Source: Fimbriimonadales bacterium
GTDB lineage: Bacteria > Armatimonadota > Fimbriimonadia > Fimbriimonadales > JABRVX01
DNA length: 64,000 nt
Reading direction: 5' to 3'
Assembly: GCA_045862955.1 (NCBI GenBank)
Contig: BTVI01000014.1
Location: 1-64,000 of the forward strand
The notes below the pieces were generated by a model that worked only from the letters and a program-made list of their open reading frames with translations, was not told the origin of the DNA and did not search any database. Of the stretch, positions 1-10,073 are shown piece by piece. A program made the position numbers and the translations under genes. Positions within the stretch are counted from its first letter, which is position 1, and every line of letters begins with the position of its first letter.

Positions 1-392
1 GTAGGCTCTGCGGAAGGGGGAACCTGGAGGAGGGGGTCAGTCCGGATCCTGCTTCCTCAACACGCGGGGGGCCTGTAGTGGCCAGAGCCGAAGCAGACAA
101 GAGCACCGGTTCCCCCTGCAGGCTCTGCGGAAGGGGGAACCTGGAGGAGGGGGTCAGTCCGGATCCTGCTTCCTCAACACGAGCGGCTGCCTGTAGTAGC
201 CAGAGCCGAAGCAGACAAGAGCACCGGTTCCCCCTGTAGGCTCTGCGGAAGGGGGAACCTGGAGGAGGGGGTCAGTCCGGATCCTGCTTCCTCAACACGA
301 GCGGCTGCCTGTAGTAGCCAGAGCCGAAGCAGACAAGAGCACCGGTTCCCCCTGCAGGCTCTGCGGAAGGGGGAACCTGGAGGAGGGGGTCA
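1..392. repeat. Tandem array of 117-118 bp units (about 3.3 copies visible, truncated by window start), each with a GGTTCCCCCT...AGGGGGAACC hairpin
   Basis: GGCTCTGCGGAAGGGGGAACC recurs at 4, 121, 239 and 357; units 2 and 3 near-identical; no unique spacers. Confidence 0.95.
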
Positions 393-460
393 TGTATCGG
401 CTGCCGAGCCCGACGCGACATTGACAACCGGTCCGCACATCGGGTAGGCCATAGGCGAGC

Positions 461-535
<75 letters not shown>

Positions 536-616
536 ACTTCGCGTAATTCCGGCCTCCCGCCGGATTCGCCTTATCGCCGGGTCGGCGAGATTGCGGGCGC
601 GCACCGCTCGGCCCTG

Positions 617-1462
617 CTAGCCCAACCCAGCCACGAGATCCGCGAGCAAAGCGCTAGCACCAATGCGGAACCGGGCTGGACTCAGCCACTCTTCCCCCAA
701 CTCGTGCCGCACGAGCCCGAGCCACTCCGCGGCCTGCTCTGCCGTTCGGATCCCCCCAGCGGGCTTCAGCCCGGCGCGGTAGCCGGTGATCTCTGCGTAG
801 GTACGTATTGCGTGGACCATCGCCACGCCGGCAGGCAGTGTCGCGTTCACTGCCTCCTTGCCCGTGGAAGTCTTGATGAAGTCCGCCCCCGCCATGAGCG
901 CCGTCAGCCCGGCACGAAATATCACTTCGGGCTGGGCCAACTCACCCGTTGCCAGGATCACTTTCAACGTACGCTCCTGCGCCGCCTCGCGAAAGACGCG
1001 CACCTCGTCGTACAGTGCCTCCCACTCGCCGCAGAGCGCGTGCGAGCGGCGGATCACTACATCTACCTCATGCGCACCCAACGCGACCGCCTCGCGCACC
1101 TCGGCCACCCGACAGGGTAGGGGACTGAGGCCATGCGGAAACGCAGCCGCCACCGTCGCCACGCGCACACTACTACCTACCAGTGCCCCCAGCGCGAGGG
1201 GCACGAAGACCGGATACACACACACGGCTGCGGGACGAGCAGTGTCGGCCTCTCGACCGGGAGCTGGCAGCAGAGCCTGCTTGCACAGTGCCAGTACCCG
1301 TTGGTCGGTGTCATCTCCGGCTAAAGAGGTTAGATCTAGGCACGAGATCAAGAGCCTGATATGCGCTGCAGTCAGCGGTGCGTCGTAGATCCTCTGCTCG
1401 ATTACGGGCACACTTCGGCTGACTAAGCTCCTATCGAAGTCGAGCCCCGGGTTCGTCTTCAC
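617..1462 (-). CDS. deoC: Deoxyribose-phosphate aldolase
   Basis: CLDLTSL, AAVCVYP, EVDVVI, LKVILATGEL, FIKTSTGK, KPAGGI, FRIGAS motifs; start placed at GTG 1462 just after the nuoG stop. Confidence 0.93.
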   Translation of the reverse strand: MKTNPGLDFDRSLVSRSVPVIEQRIYDAPLTAAHIRLLISCLDLTSLAGDDTDQRVLALCKQALLPAPGREADTARPAAVCVYPVFVPLALGALVGSSVRVATVAAAFPHGLSPLPCRVAEVREAVALGAHEVDVVIRRSHALCGEWEALYDEVRVFREAAQERTLKVILATGELAQPEVIFRAGLTALMAGADFIKTSTGKEAVNATLPAGVAMVHAIRTYAEITGYRAGLKPAGGIRTAEQAAEWLGLVRHELGEEWLSPARFRIGASALLADLVAGLG

Positions 1463-1463
1463 C

Positions 1464-3722
1464 CTACTTCTCGGCCTTGGCTGTAGGTACGTGATAGGGG
1501 GTGACTGCAGGCTCCGCCGGCTCCCTGTGCGGCGCAATGCGGGTTCCATGCTCCCCGATCCTATCATAGGTGCATTCGGCATACGCGGGCACCAGCCGAG
1601 CGATTTCCGCCATGATATCGCCTGGACCGAAGGGGGGTGTCATCTGGCGCATGCGGAACAGCAGCTCTGCGCACACCTGCCACGTTGCCTTGGCTGCCCC
1701 AATCGGCTGCAGCGCTTGGTCGAAACGCTGCACCCGCCCCTCCACGTTCGTGAAAGTACCCGTCCGATCCGCCCAAGACTGCGCAGGCAAGAACACGCTC
1801 GCGTACTGCACACATTCGGACCGGACGAAGTGGTGTACCACCAGATAGTCCACCTCCTCGAGTGCCCTCTCCGCCAGCGCACGGTCTGGGAAGTCTGTGA
1901 GGGGATCGAAGCAGTTGAGGAACAGCGCACGGATCCGGTTCTCGGCGCACGCTCGCAGTACTCGCTCCGTGCCCATTCCCGGTTCTTCGGGTATCTCGCC
2001 TCCCCAGGCCGCTTCGAAGTGCGCTCGCGCAGTCGAGTCCTTCAGGCTCCGAAGCCCAGGCAGGCTGTCGGGCAGAACACCCATGTCCATCGCTCCGTGC
2101 GACCCCGCGTCAGGAAGGAGCCGGTTCAGCGTGCCTCCTGTCAACATCGCGAGGCTGAGGAGACCACCCTCCACGGCCTCGAGTGCCGACCGGTACAAGA
2201 TGGCGCATGGTCCGGTCGAGAGAGCCTCCGATGCCCGCCGCAACGCTTCCGGGCTCACCCCCGTCTGCTCAGCGCACCGCTCCGGGGTGATGTCCGCCAG
2301 GCTTTCCCGGAGTGCGGCGATGCCCTGGATGCCGTCGCATTCCGGGCGGCTTGCAAGCTGGTGGAGTAGACCACCAATCAGCCAACCCTCGGAGCCCTCT
2401 CGGTAGCGCAGGCTCACCTCGGCAAATCCCTCGGCATCCGTATGCTCGTGGTGGGCGCAGACCACGCGTGCCGCATTCCGGAACCACGCTTTCCTCGTTC
2501 GCAGGAAGACGATGGGTGCTTCGTCTGATAGGTCGATCCCGAAGACGAAGAGGGAACCCGCACGCTCCAGCTCCGTCAACGATATCTGCATCCCAGGTCG
2601 GCCCTGCGCTAGAGCCGGCGAAGCCATCTCCGACCGCTCGCTGCCGAGCCGCCTGTGATCCACGTTGTTCGATCCGAAGCCTCGACGGAACAGCTTCTGG
2701 AACATATAGGCGTCTTCTGTCGTGCCGAATCCGCCGCCCAGCCCCGCAACGCCGTTCGGGCCCGAAGTAACTACGCCGGTCTCGAAGGTGCGAATGATCT
2801 CCTCATACACCGTGGGCCAGTCGGTGGCTACTAACGCCTCGCCTCTCCGGATCAGGGGTGTCCCTGGTCGGTCGGTATTGCGCAAGTATTGGTGCCCAAA
2901 CTTGCCCTTATCGCACGTCCAGTCCTCGTTCACCTCTGGATTGGAGCGGCCGAGAATGCGCGACATCGCACCGCGCCGGTGGTCCAGCCAGATGTTGCAG
3001 CCATTCGAGCAGCCGGTGCACAGGGTCTTCGATGTGTGTAGGTCCCAAGGCCGCGCCCGGAAGCGATACTCCGTGCTAGTCAGCGCGCCCACGGGGCATA
3101 TCTCGATGGTGTTGCCGCTGAATTTGCTCGTGAACTCGGTCATCTGGAACGTGCGAGGCTGCATATTGGCTCCGCGGAAGAGCATAGCGAGCTGTCCGTC
3201 GCCACTGATCTCCTCGGTGAAGCGGGTGCAGCGCCCGCACTGGATGCACCGCTCCAGGTCCAGCGTGACATACCGGCTGAGCGGAAACGCCTTGGGCAGG
3301 TGACGCTTGATTTCGATGTAGCGGCTGGTGCTGGGGCCGTAGAACATCGTGTTGTTCTGAAGCGGACATTCGCCGCCCTTGTCGCAGATGGGGCAGTCCA
3401 AGGGGTGATTGATGAGTAGGAACTCCAGCACCCCCTTGCGGTCGGCGGCAACCGTCGGCGTCTCTGTGTACACCACCATCCCTTTGCTAGCGGGCAGCGT
3501 GCAGGCGGTCTGCGGCTTTGGCATCATTCGCACGCTGCCGTCCTCCTGACGGAATCCCAGCTCGACCAGACACATTCGGCACATACCGACGGGCTTCAGC
3601 AGCGGGTGATAGCAGAAGATCGGCACTTCCTTGCCGATCCTCTTTACCGCCTCGACGATCAACTCGCCTTCGGGGACTTCGACTTCGACGTCGTCAATGG
3701 TGATTCGAATAGTGTTGCTCAT
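1464..3722 (-). CDS. nuoG: NADH-quinone oxidoreductase subunit G
   Basis: FCYHP..CRMCLVE, NHPLDCPICDKGGECPLQ, RCIQCGRC, CTGCSNGC..CDKG Fe-S motifs plus molybdopterin-oxidoreductase-like C-terminus; start at MSNTIRIT. Confidence 0.93.
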   Translation of the reverse strand: MSNTIRITIDDVEVEVPEGELIVEAVKRIGKEVPIFCYHPLLKPVGMCRMCLVELGFRQEDGSVRMMPKPQTACTLPASKGMVVYTETPTVAADRKGVLEFLLINHPLDCPICDKGGECPLQNNTMFYGPSTSRYIEIKRHLPKAFPLSRYVTLDLERCIQCGRCTRFTEEISGDGQLAMLFRGANMQPRTFQMTEFTSKFSGNTIEICPVGALTSTEYRFRARPWDLHTSKTLCTGCSNGCNIWLDHRRGAMSRILGRSNPEVNEDWTCDKGKFGHQYLRNTDRPGTPLIRRGEALVATDWPTVYEEIIRTFETGVVTSGPNGVAGLGGGFGTTEDAYMFQKLFRRGFGSNNVDHRRLGSERSEMASPALAQGRPGMQISLTELERAGSLFVFGIDLSDEAPIVFLRTRKAWFRNAARVVCAHHEHTDAEGFAEVSLRYREGSEGWLIGGLLHQLASRPECDGIQGIAALRESLADITPERCAEQTGVSPEALRRASEALSTGPCAILYRSALEAVEGGLLSLAMLTGGTLNRLLPDAGSHGAMDMGVLPDSLPGLRSLKDSTARAHFEAAWGGEIPEEPGMGTERVLRACAENRIRALFLNCFDPLTDFPDRALAERALEEVDYLVVHHFVRSECVQYASVFLPAQSWADRTGTFTNVEGRVQRFDQALQPIGAAKATWQVCAELLFRMRQMTPPFGPGDIMAEIARLVPAYAECTYDRIGEHGTRIAPHREPAEPAVTPYHVPTAKAEK

Positions 3723-3818
3723 GCGGTGCTCCAGTGCGTTGGCCGCCATGCAGCCACCGACATTGTGGCAGTCTGCTTCGCGCCCGCGCAAACGGCGCGG
3801 CGCATTACGGGACCAGCA

Positions 3819-5138
3819 TTACCCCCCGAACTGTGGTAACCACGGGGCGAGGGCCGTGAACATCTCGTCCACCATCGCCCACACCTCCTCGGGATTGCAC
3901 ACCGCGGCAGTAAGTGGGTCGTGCAGCACTGCGAGCCGCACGAGCTGCCTGTCTCCGGTCAGCGCCGCCTCGACAGCCATCTCCTGCACCGAGACGCTCG
4001 CGCGACACGTGGCGGCACACTGCATCGGCAAGTCTCCCACGAAGCAGGGATGGATGCCCGTCGAATCCACGATGCACGGCAGCTCTACCGTGCAGCCCTC
4101 TGGTAGGTTCGTGATCAGCCCCGTGTTCTCTACGTTGAAGCACCCCCAGTAGCGTCGACCCGTCTCTAGGGCCTCGATGATGTATGACCCGTGCTCACGC
4201 GAGCGCGAGCCCAACGCGATCTGGTCCATCTCGCCCGACAGCCACTTCGGGAAGTTCTCGCGATACTCGTCCCTGCTCTCTCGGCAGCAGCGCAGGTACC
4301 CGCCGGTCTCGCCCCCGATCCAGGTGGAGTAATCTACCCATCGGTCTCTTTCGGCGGGCCGCTTGCGGTACCAAGGCACGTACTCGCTCAGGTGCCCGTT
4401 CGACTCGGTGGAGTAGTATCCGAAACGTTCCAGCATGTCTATGCGAAGCGGCTCCGACTTCATCAGCTCTGGATCGGCCTTGAAAGCTGCGAGTATGTCG
4501 CCTGTACGATCCACTCCGCGGTGTGCCACACGGATAAACCACGTCTGGTGGTTGATCCCTGCACACACGTACTCGAGCTCTTCGTAGGGCACGCCGAGGG
4601 CCTTGGCAATCTGCTCGGCCCCACCTTGCACGCCATGGCAAAGCCCTACCACTCGGACTGCACCCGCGCGCCTCACGGCCCAGCAGTTCATTGCCATCGG
4701 ATTCGAATAGTTGAGTAGTAGTGCGTCGGGGCACAGTTCCCGCATATCTTTGGCGATGTCGAGCAGCACGGGGATCGTTCGCAGCGCGTAGAAGACACCG
4801 CCTGGACCGAGTGTGTCACCCACACATTGATCCACGCCGTACTTCAGAGGAATCTCGATGTCATGTGCGAATGCCTCCAGCCCACCTACTCGAATGGTAC
4901 ATATCACGTAGTCCGCTCCGTCTAAGGCCGCCCTGCGATCGGTACCGGCATCTACGCGGGTTGGCAGTGCGTTGTCGCTGACCATCTTACGGCACAAGGC
5001 AGCAGCCATGTCCACGGCTTCCTGCGAGATGTCCATCAGGTGGAAGGTGCACTCTCTGAACTCGGGCACCGCGAGAACGTCCATGAACAGCCTGCGGGTG
5101 AAACCGACGCTACCGGCCCCAATCATCGCTATCTTCAT
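3819..5138 (-). CDS. Glycoside hydrolase family 4, alpha-galactosidase (MelA-like)
   Basis: KIAMIGAGS NAD-binding start, VGDTLGPGG, NYSNPM, GLCHG, AGINHQ, TESNGHLSEY. Confidence 0.9.
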   Translation of the reverse strand: MKIAMIGAGSVGFTRRLFMDVLAVPEFRECTFHLMDISQEAVDMAAALCRKMVSDNALPTRVDAGTDRRAALDGADYVICTIRVGGLEAFAHDIEIPLKYGVDQCVGDTLGPGGVFYALRTIPVLLDIAKDMRELCPDALLLNYSNPMAMNCWAVRRAGAVRVVGLCHGVQGGAEQIAKALGVPYEELEYVCAGINHQTWFIRVAHRGVDRTGDILAAFKADPELMKSEPLRIDMLERFGYYSTESNGHLSEYVPWYRKRPAERDRWVDYSTWIGGETGGYLRCCRESRDEYRENFPKWLSGEMDQIALGSRSREHGSYIIEALETGRRYWGCFNVENTGLITNLPEGCTVELPCIVDSTGIHPCFVGDLPMQCAATCRASVSVQEMAVEAALTGDRQLVRLAVLHDPLTAAVCNPEEVWAMVDEMFTALAPWLPQFGG

Positions 5139-5257
5139 GGTATCTAGGTTCTACCGAACGTGCCCTCTTCCTGCCCACGGGGATTGAAGGATGCCCCAGT
5201 CAGCGCGAATTTGACTGACCACGCCCTCTGCCTTCCCACGGGGCTTGAAGGCTATAC

Positions 5258-5620
5258 CGAACAAGTTGTGGCACCCTGGGATGCTGAGACCGCGAGGTCC
5301 GACCTGTTCCGTCATGCCGAAGAAGCTGTGCCACTCTGCGCAGCTGAGACCGCGAGGTACTACCTGTTCCGTCATGCTGAAGAAGTTGTGGCACTCTGCG
5401 ATGCTGAGACCGCGAGGTCCGACCTGTTCCGTCATGCTGAAGAAGCTGTGCCACTCTGCGATGGTGAGACCGCGAGGTCCGACCTGTTCCGTCATGCTGA
5501 AGAAGTTGTGGCACTCTGCGATGCTGAGACCGCGAGGTACCACCTGTGCCGTCATGCTGAAGAAGTTGTGGCACTCTGCGATGCTGAGACCGCGAGGTCC
5601 GACCTGTTCCGTCATGCTGA
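5258..5620. repeat. Tandem array of 60-bp units (about 6 copies)
   Basis: Units start at 5281, 5341, 5401, 5461, 5521, 5581; consensus ATGCTGAGACCGCGAGGTCCGACCTGTTCCGTCATGCTGAAGAAGTTGTGGCACTCTGCG; degenerate partial unit to the left. Confidence 0.97.
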
Positions 5621-5714
5621 GCTTGTCGAAGCATGACCGTAAGTGCCGCAACCTGCCACATGACCATACGACTCCGCGGCTGCCGATCCTATGCCTCGAC
5701 AAGCTCAGCATGAC
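5611..5714. repeat. REPIN-like inverted doublet of a REP-type palindrome
   Basis: GTCATGCTGAGCTTGTCGAAGCAT starting at 5611 and its near reverse complement ATGCCTCGACAAGCTCAGCATGAC at 5691-5714; same motif at 38991 and twice in 44230-44630. Confidence 0.85.
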
Positions 5715-5792
5715 GCTGTGGGTGCTGCGGCCCAGGATGAGCAAGGTGGCGTCACGCCCCGACGGGTCAATAGATGGCGCGAACGCCGAGAT

Positions 5793-7100
5793 CTACAGCG
5801 AAGGCACCATAACAGCGAGGCGCTCGGGGGCCACCGGCGAGCACTTCTGGGTAATCCAGTGTTCGTACTCATTGCGATAGTGCTTGATGGAAGCAGCAAT
5901 CGGCCATGCCGCAGCATCCCCCAGCGCACAGAACGAACGCCCATCAATCTGCTTGCAGATGTCCGACAAGGTCTCGATGTCCTCCATGCGCCCGCCGCCG
6001 CGTAGGATGCGCTCGAGAACCTTGACCATCCAACTGGTACCTTCACGGCACGGTGTGCACTTGCCACAGCTCTCGCGAGCGTAGAAAAGCGCTGTGCGCC
6101 ACATATAGGTGACAATGCACACGTCCTCGTTCAGCACCATGAAACCACCCGAGCCGAGCTGCGTGCCACGCTCCCACAGTTCTTCGTAGCCGAGGATCGC
6201 ACCGTCACACTTATCGGCGGGCAGGATAGGCACGGACGAGCCACCGGGTATTACAGCCTTCAGCTTCCCCTCGACACCACCGGCCAGGTCTATAAGCTCC
6301 ATAAGCGGGGTGCCCAGCTCCACCTCATAGTTGCCCGGCTTGTTCACGTTGCCCGAGACGCTGAAGATCTTGGTCCCCCTACTACGCTGCGTGTTAGCGC
6401 CGAGGCTGCCGTACCAGTCTCCACCTCGCGCGATGATATGTGGTACAGAAGCCAGCGTCTCGACGTTGTTGATGAGTGTGGGACAATCCCATAATCCGGC
6501 GACAACCGGCAACGGCGCGTGAGGGAACTTGAGCCGAGGCATGCCCCTCTCACCCATCAGGCTGGACATCATGGCAGACTCCTCGCCGCATTCGTACGAG
6601 CCAGCTCCCATATGGATGTGGATCTCGATCCGCACCTCCGTGCCACAAGCGTTTTTGCCTATCAACCCCGCTTCCAGCGCCTCGTCGATCGCGCGACGCA
6701 TGGACTTGGCGGCATCCACATACTCACCGCGGATGTAGATGTATGCGACGTCCGACATCGTGGCGTAGGCGGCAATCGCCATGCCCTCCAACACCATGTG
6801 GGGACACTGCTCCATGAGCTGCTTGTCTTTGAACGTGCCCGGCTCGCCCTCGTCGGCGTTACATAACACGTAGTGCGGTTTTTGCCGGTCCTTCGGAATG
6901 CCGTTCCATTTGATCCAAGCTGGGAAGCCCGCGCCGCCACGCCCGCGTAGTCCGGAAGCTTTCACCTCGTCAATCACTGCCTGTCGGTCCATGCAAAGCG
7001 CCTTTTTCAGCGCTTCGTAGCCGCCCCGCGCCATGTAGCCGTTCAACGTGGCGTAGTCCGGCTCATGAGCGTGTTCGAGTAGCAACCGGTACTCGCCCAT
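5793..7100 (-). CDS. nuoF: NADH-quinone oxidoreductase subunit F
   Basis: SGLRGRGGAGFP, CNADEGEPGTFKD, GAGSYECGEE, ESCGKCTPCREG, SFCALG. Confidence 0.96.
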   Translation of the reverse strand: MGEYRLLLEHAHEPDYATLNGYMARGGYEALKKALCMDRQAVIDEVKASGLRGRGGAGFPAWIKWNGIPKDRQKPHYVLCNADEGEPGTFKDKQLMEQCPHMVLEGMAIAAYATMSDVAYIYIRGEYVDAAKSMRRAIDEALEAGLIGKNACGTEVRIEIHIHMGAGSYECGEESAMMSSLMGERGMPRLKFPHAPLPVVAGLWDCPTLINNVETLASVPHIIARGGDWYGSLGANTQRSRGTKIFSVSGNVNKPGNYEVELGTPLMELIDLAGGVEGKLKAVIPGGSSVPILPADKCDGAILGYEELWERGTQLGSGGFMVLNEDVCIVTYMWRTALFYARESCGKCTPCREGTSWMVKVLERILRGGGRMEDIETLSDICKQIDGRSFCALGDAAAWPIAASIKHYRNEYEHWITQKCSPVAPERLAVMVPSL

Positions 7101-7733
7101 CTAGCCCACCTCGCTCACTTCCTTGCGCTCCGAGGCTGTTAGGTGGCACTGCACGATGTCGTTGGCTAGCTGCACTACCGAGCTGTCCTCCTTCTTCCGA
7201 AGGTCCGCCAAGAGAGAGTCGATCTTCGCCTCATCCACCGGCCCGCAGTATGAGGATCCGATCTGGAGCAACGGTGCCCGATCGCATGCGTTCAGACACT
7301 CGACTTCCTTCAGTGAGAACATGCCATCTTCGGTGGTGCCACCCAACTCGATGCCGAGCTTCTGCTTCAAATAATCGAGGATGCGATACGCACCCTTCTG
7401 GTGACAGGTGAGGCAGGTGCACACTTCGATGAGGTGTTTGCCGACAGGATGAAACTCGTACATCGAGTAGAAGGTAGCAACTCCCTCGATCTCTGCAAAG
7501 GGACGGTTCAGGCGCACTGCCACCTCGGCCAGTGCGCCAGGTGTTAGGTGACCGCCATACTCGCGTTGGGCGATCCACAAAGCGGGCAGGATGGCAGACT
7601 TCTTGTCTGGGTAATGGGTGATCAGGCGGTCTAGCTCGGCCACCGCTCGAGCGGAGAAGCGCAACTCCACCTCATCCGGCTTTGGCGGGCTCGGTCGCCG
7701 ATGTGTACCCGACAGCTGCAGCAGCTCGCTCAT
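7101..7733 (-). CDS. nuoE: NADH-quinone oxidoreductase subunit E
   Basis: GVATFYSMY, VCTCLTC and ECLNAC 2Fe-2S ligands; lies between nuoD and nuoF. Confidence 0.93.
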   Translation of the reverse strand: MSELLQLSGTHRRPSPPKPDEVELRFSARAVAELDRLITHYPDKKSAILPALWIAQREYGGHLTPGALAEVAVRLNRPFAEIEGVATFYSMYEFHPVGKHLIEVCTCLTCHQKGAYRILDYLKQKLGIELGGTTEDGMFSLKEVECLNACDRAPLLQIGSSYCGPVDEAKIDSLLADLRKKEDSSVVQLANDIVQCHLTASERKEVSEVG

Positions 7734-8941
7734 CGATCAATCTCTCCGAGAACGATGTCAATCGAGCCGATCGTAGCTACCACATCCGCTACCATGCGCC
7801 CCAAGCACATGGTCTCCAGTGCCTGAAGATTCATGAAGCACGAGGGCCGTTCGTGGAAGCGATAGGGGTATGGCGTGCCATCGCTCACAATGTAAAAGCC
7901 GAGCTCGCCCTTCGGTCCCTCGATGGGCACATAGGCCTCACCCACGGGCGGACTGATCCCCTCGGTGTAAATCTTGAAGTGATGGATGAGTGACTCCATC
8001 GAGGTGTCCAGCTCCTCACGGGGGGGTGGCACCACCTTCCGGTCGGACGAGTTCCACGGTCCTTCGGGAAGGCCATCTATCGCCTGGCGCAGGATGCTCG
8101 CAGACTGCCTCATCTCCTCGATGCGCACAAGAAATCGGTCGTAGACGTCACCGTGTTCTGCGGTCGGAATGTGGAACGAGAACTCCTCATAGCCGCTGTA
8201 CGGGTTGCTCTTCCGAATGTCCCACGCTACCCCGCAAGCACGTATGATCGGACCGCTAACACCCAACGCCATGCACTGCTCTGCCGTAATCACACCGACA
8301 CCCTTCGTTCGCTGCATCCATATGGGGTTCTTGGTCAGCAGCCCTTCCATCTCTCCCAGTTCGTCTACGAAGTCGGCGAGGAACGCCCTCAGCTTCCGCT
8401 CGAACCCCTCCGGCATGTCCCCACGCAGGCCGCCCGGCACGATCCAACTAGGCATCATACGTACGCCGGAGAACATCTCGAACATATCGAGGATCTTCTC
8501 GCGCTCGCTCCACGCATAGAAGTACGCTGTCATGGCCCCGAGGTCCAGCGCGTGGGTGCCCAACCAAACCAGGTGGCTCGCGATGCGCGAGAGTTCGGCC
8601 AGAATCACTCGCAGGTACTGCCCGCGCCTGGGAATCTCGATGTCTAGCAGCTTCTCGACCGAGAGCGTCATCGCTAGGTTGTTCGAGTTGGCCGCGAGGT
8701 AGTCCATGCGGTCCGTCATGGTCACGCACTTGCGATAGTCGAGGAACTCTCCCTCCTTCTCCATTCCGGTGTGCAGGTAGCCGATCTCGGGCTTCAGCGA
8801 GACGATGGTCTCGCCTTCCAGTTCGAGCATCACGCGAAGCACTCCGTGGGTCGCAGGGTGCTGCGGACCCATGTTGATGACCATGGTGTTCTCGCCGGTC
8901 TTCTCCAGGTCCAGCGAGGTAGATGGCATGTACTCGCTCAT
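7730..8941 (-). CDS. nuoD: NADH-quinone oxidoreductase subunit D
   Basis: NMGPQHPATHGVLR, GYLHTGMEK, EGPKGELG, C-terminal DIVLGEIDR. Confidence 0.97.
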   Translation of the reverse strand: MSEYMPSTSLDLEKTGENTMVINMGPQHPATHGVLRVMLELEGETIVSLKPEIGYLHTGMEKEGEFLDYRKCVTMTDRMDYLAANSNNLAMTLSVEKLLDIEIPRRGQYLRVILAELSRIASHLVWLGTHALDLGAMTAYFYAWSEREKILDMFEMFSGVRMMPSWIVPGGLRGDMPEGFERKLRAFLADFVDELGEMEGLLTKNPIWMQRTKGVGVITAEQCMALGVSGPIIRACGVAWDIRKSNPYSGYEEFSFHIPTAEHGDVYDRFLVRIEEMRQSASILRQAIDGLPEGPWNSSDRKVVPPPREELDTSMESLIHHFKIYTEGISPPVGEAYVPIEGPKGELGFYIVSDGTPYPYRFHERPSCFMNLQALETMCLGRMVADVVATIGSIDIVLGEIDR

Positions 8942-9540
8942 CGGCCCCCCACGTCCTTGCTACCGGTCTTGCCCTCGAAAGCCTGACCTGCGAATGGCAT
9001 CTGCTTCTCACCCACTGCGGGCCCTTGGGTCCCGTCGGGAAACACCACCCCTTCTCCACCCAACGGGTACTCCTTGCGCAAGGGATGACCCACCCAATCA
9101 GGCGGTGTTAGGATTCGCCTCAGGTCTGGATGTCCGGAGAACCGAATGCCAAACAGGTCGAACACCTCGCGCTCCGGAAAGTTAGCGCCGGGCCACACGC
9201 CGCACAAGCTGGGTGTTTCTTGCCCGTCTTCCACCAGCACCTTCACGAATATGCGGGTGAAGGTCTTCAACGAGTATAGGTTGTAAACGACCTCGAAGCG
9301 TTGGGTGAACGGGCGCGGGTGCTTCCACGCCGAGTAGTCGACAGCCACGCACTCGCTGAAGAAGCGATACTGCAGCTCGGGGTGGTCACGAAGCCAGGTA
9401 GCGATCTCTACGATATTAGCGGGTAGCACAGTGACGCGAACGTCTCCGCGAAACACCTGCACATCCAGAATCTTGTCACCGAAGGTCTGTCGGAGCAGGT
9501 GTACGTCCAGGCGCTCGCCCGCCACTTCCGGCAGCGGCAT
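8938..9540 (-). CDS. nuoC: NADH-quinone oxidoreductase subunit C
   Basis: RFEVVYNLYS, EREVFDLFGIRFSGHPDLRRIL, GHPLRKEYPL. Confidence 0.95.
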   Translation of the reverse strand: MPLPEVAGERLDVHLLRQTFGDKILDVQVFRGDVRVTVLPANIVEIATWLRDHPELQYRFFSECVAVDYSAWKHPRPFTQRFEVVYNLYSLKTFTRIFVKVLVEDGQETPSLCGVWPGANFPEREVFDLFGIRFSGHPDLRRILTPPDWVGHPLRKEYPLGGEGVVFPDGTQGPAVGEKQMPFAGQAFEGKTGSKDVGGR

Positions 9541-9975
9541 CTAAGCGACCTCTTCCCCTCGCACGGGAACGGTCTCCGTGCCGGGCAGTGTTTCCACGGC
9601 CGACCCCTCATCGAAGTCGATCGCATTGCGACGGATCACGTACAGGTAGCCCACCACCAGCAGCGCGAAGAACACCCCGACCTCGACGAGCGTGAATACC
9701 TGGAAGGCTTTGTCCGCCCACTTCAGAGTCACGAACCAGGGGTACAGAAAGATGCTCTCGATATCGAAGATGATGAACAGAATCGCTACTAAAAAGAACT
9801 TGACTGGGAACCGCTCGCGCGCATCACCGACGGGCTCCACGCCGCACTCGTACGGCGTCTCCTTGAAGGGCGTCTTCTTCTTCGGCCCGAACAGCCAACT
9901 CGCTCCCACCATCACGATGGCGAGCAGTATCCCTATTGCGAAGAGCAGGAGTATGGGCAGGTAATCCGTTGCCAT
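9541..9975 (-). CDS. nuoA: NADH-quinone oxidoreductase subunit A
   Basis: [24 protein letters not shown], three TM segments. Confidence 0.95.
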   Translation of the reverse strand: MATDYLPILLLFAIGILLAIVMVGASWLFGPKKKTPFKETPYECGVEPVGDARERFPVKFFLVAILFIIFDIESIFLYPWFVTLKWADKAFQVFTLVEVGVFFALLVVGYLYVIRRNAIDFDEGSAVETLPGTETVPVRGEEVA

Positions 9976-10073
9976 GTGGCCGTTTCTCGCTCCCTCGTCC
10001 GCCTTCCAAGCGTGGCGGCTCGCGGCGGATTCTACCCGACGGTCCGCCTCGTACCCTGTGTCACAATGGGACG

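Noticed and set aside
1..392. 118-bp array as CRISPR, or ORF 272-604 as a gene
   Set aside because: No variable spacers; unit lengths of 118 bp break frame; the ORF runs antisense through the tRNA
5258..5620. 60-bp periodicity as a CRISPR array
   Set aside because: Whole units are near-identical, with no unique spacers and no cas genes in the window
5151..5880. Repeat-protein ORFs in four frames over the 60-bp array
   Set aside because: Open frames follow from a GC-rich unit divisible by 3; no frame is favoured by an SD or a recognisable motif, so none is called, though coding is not excluded
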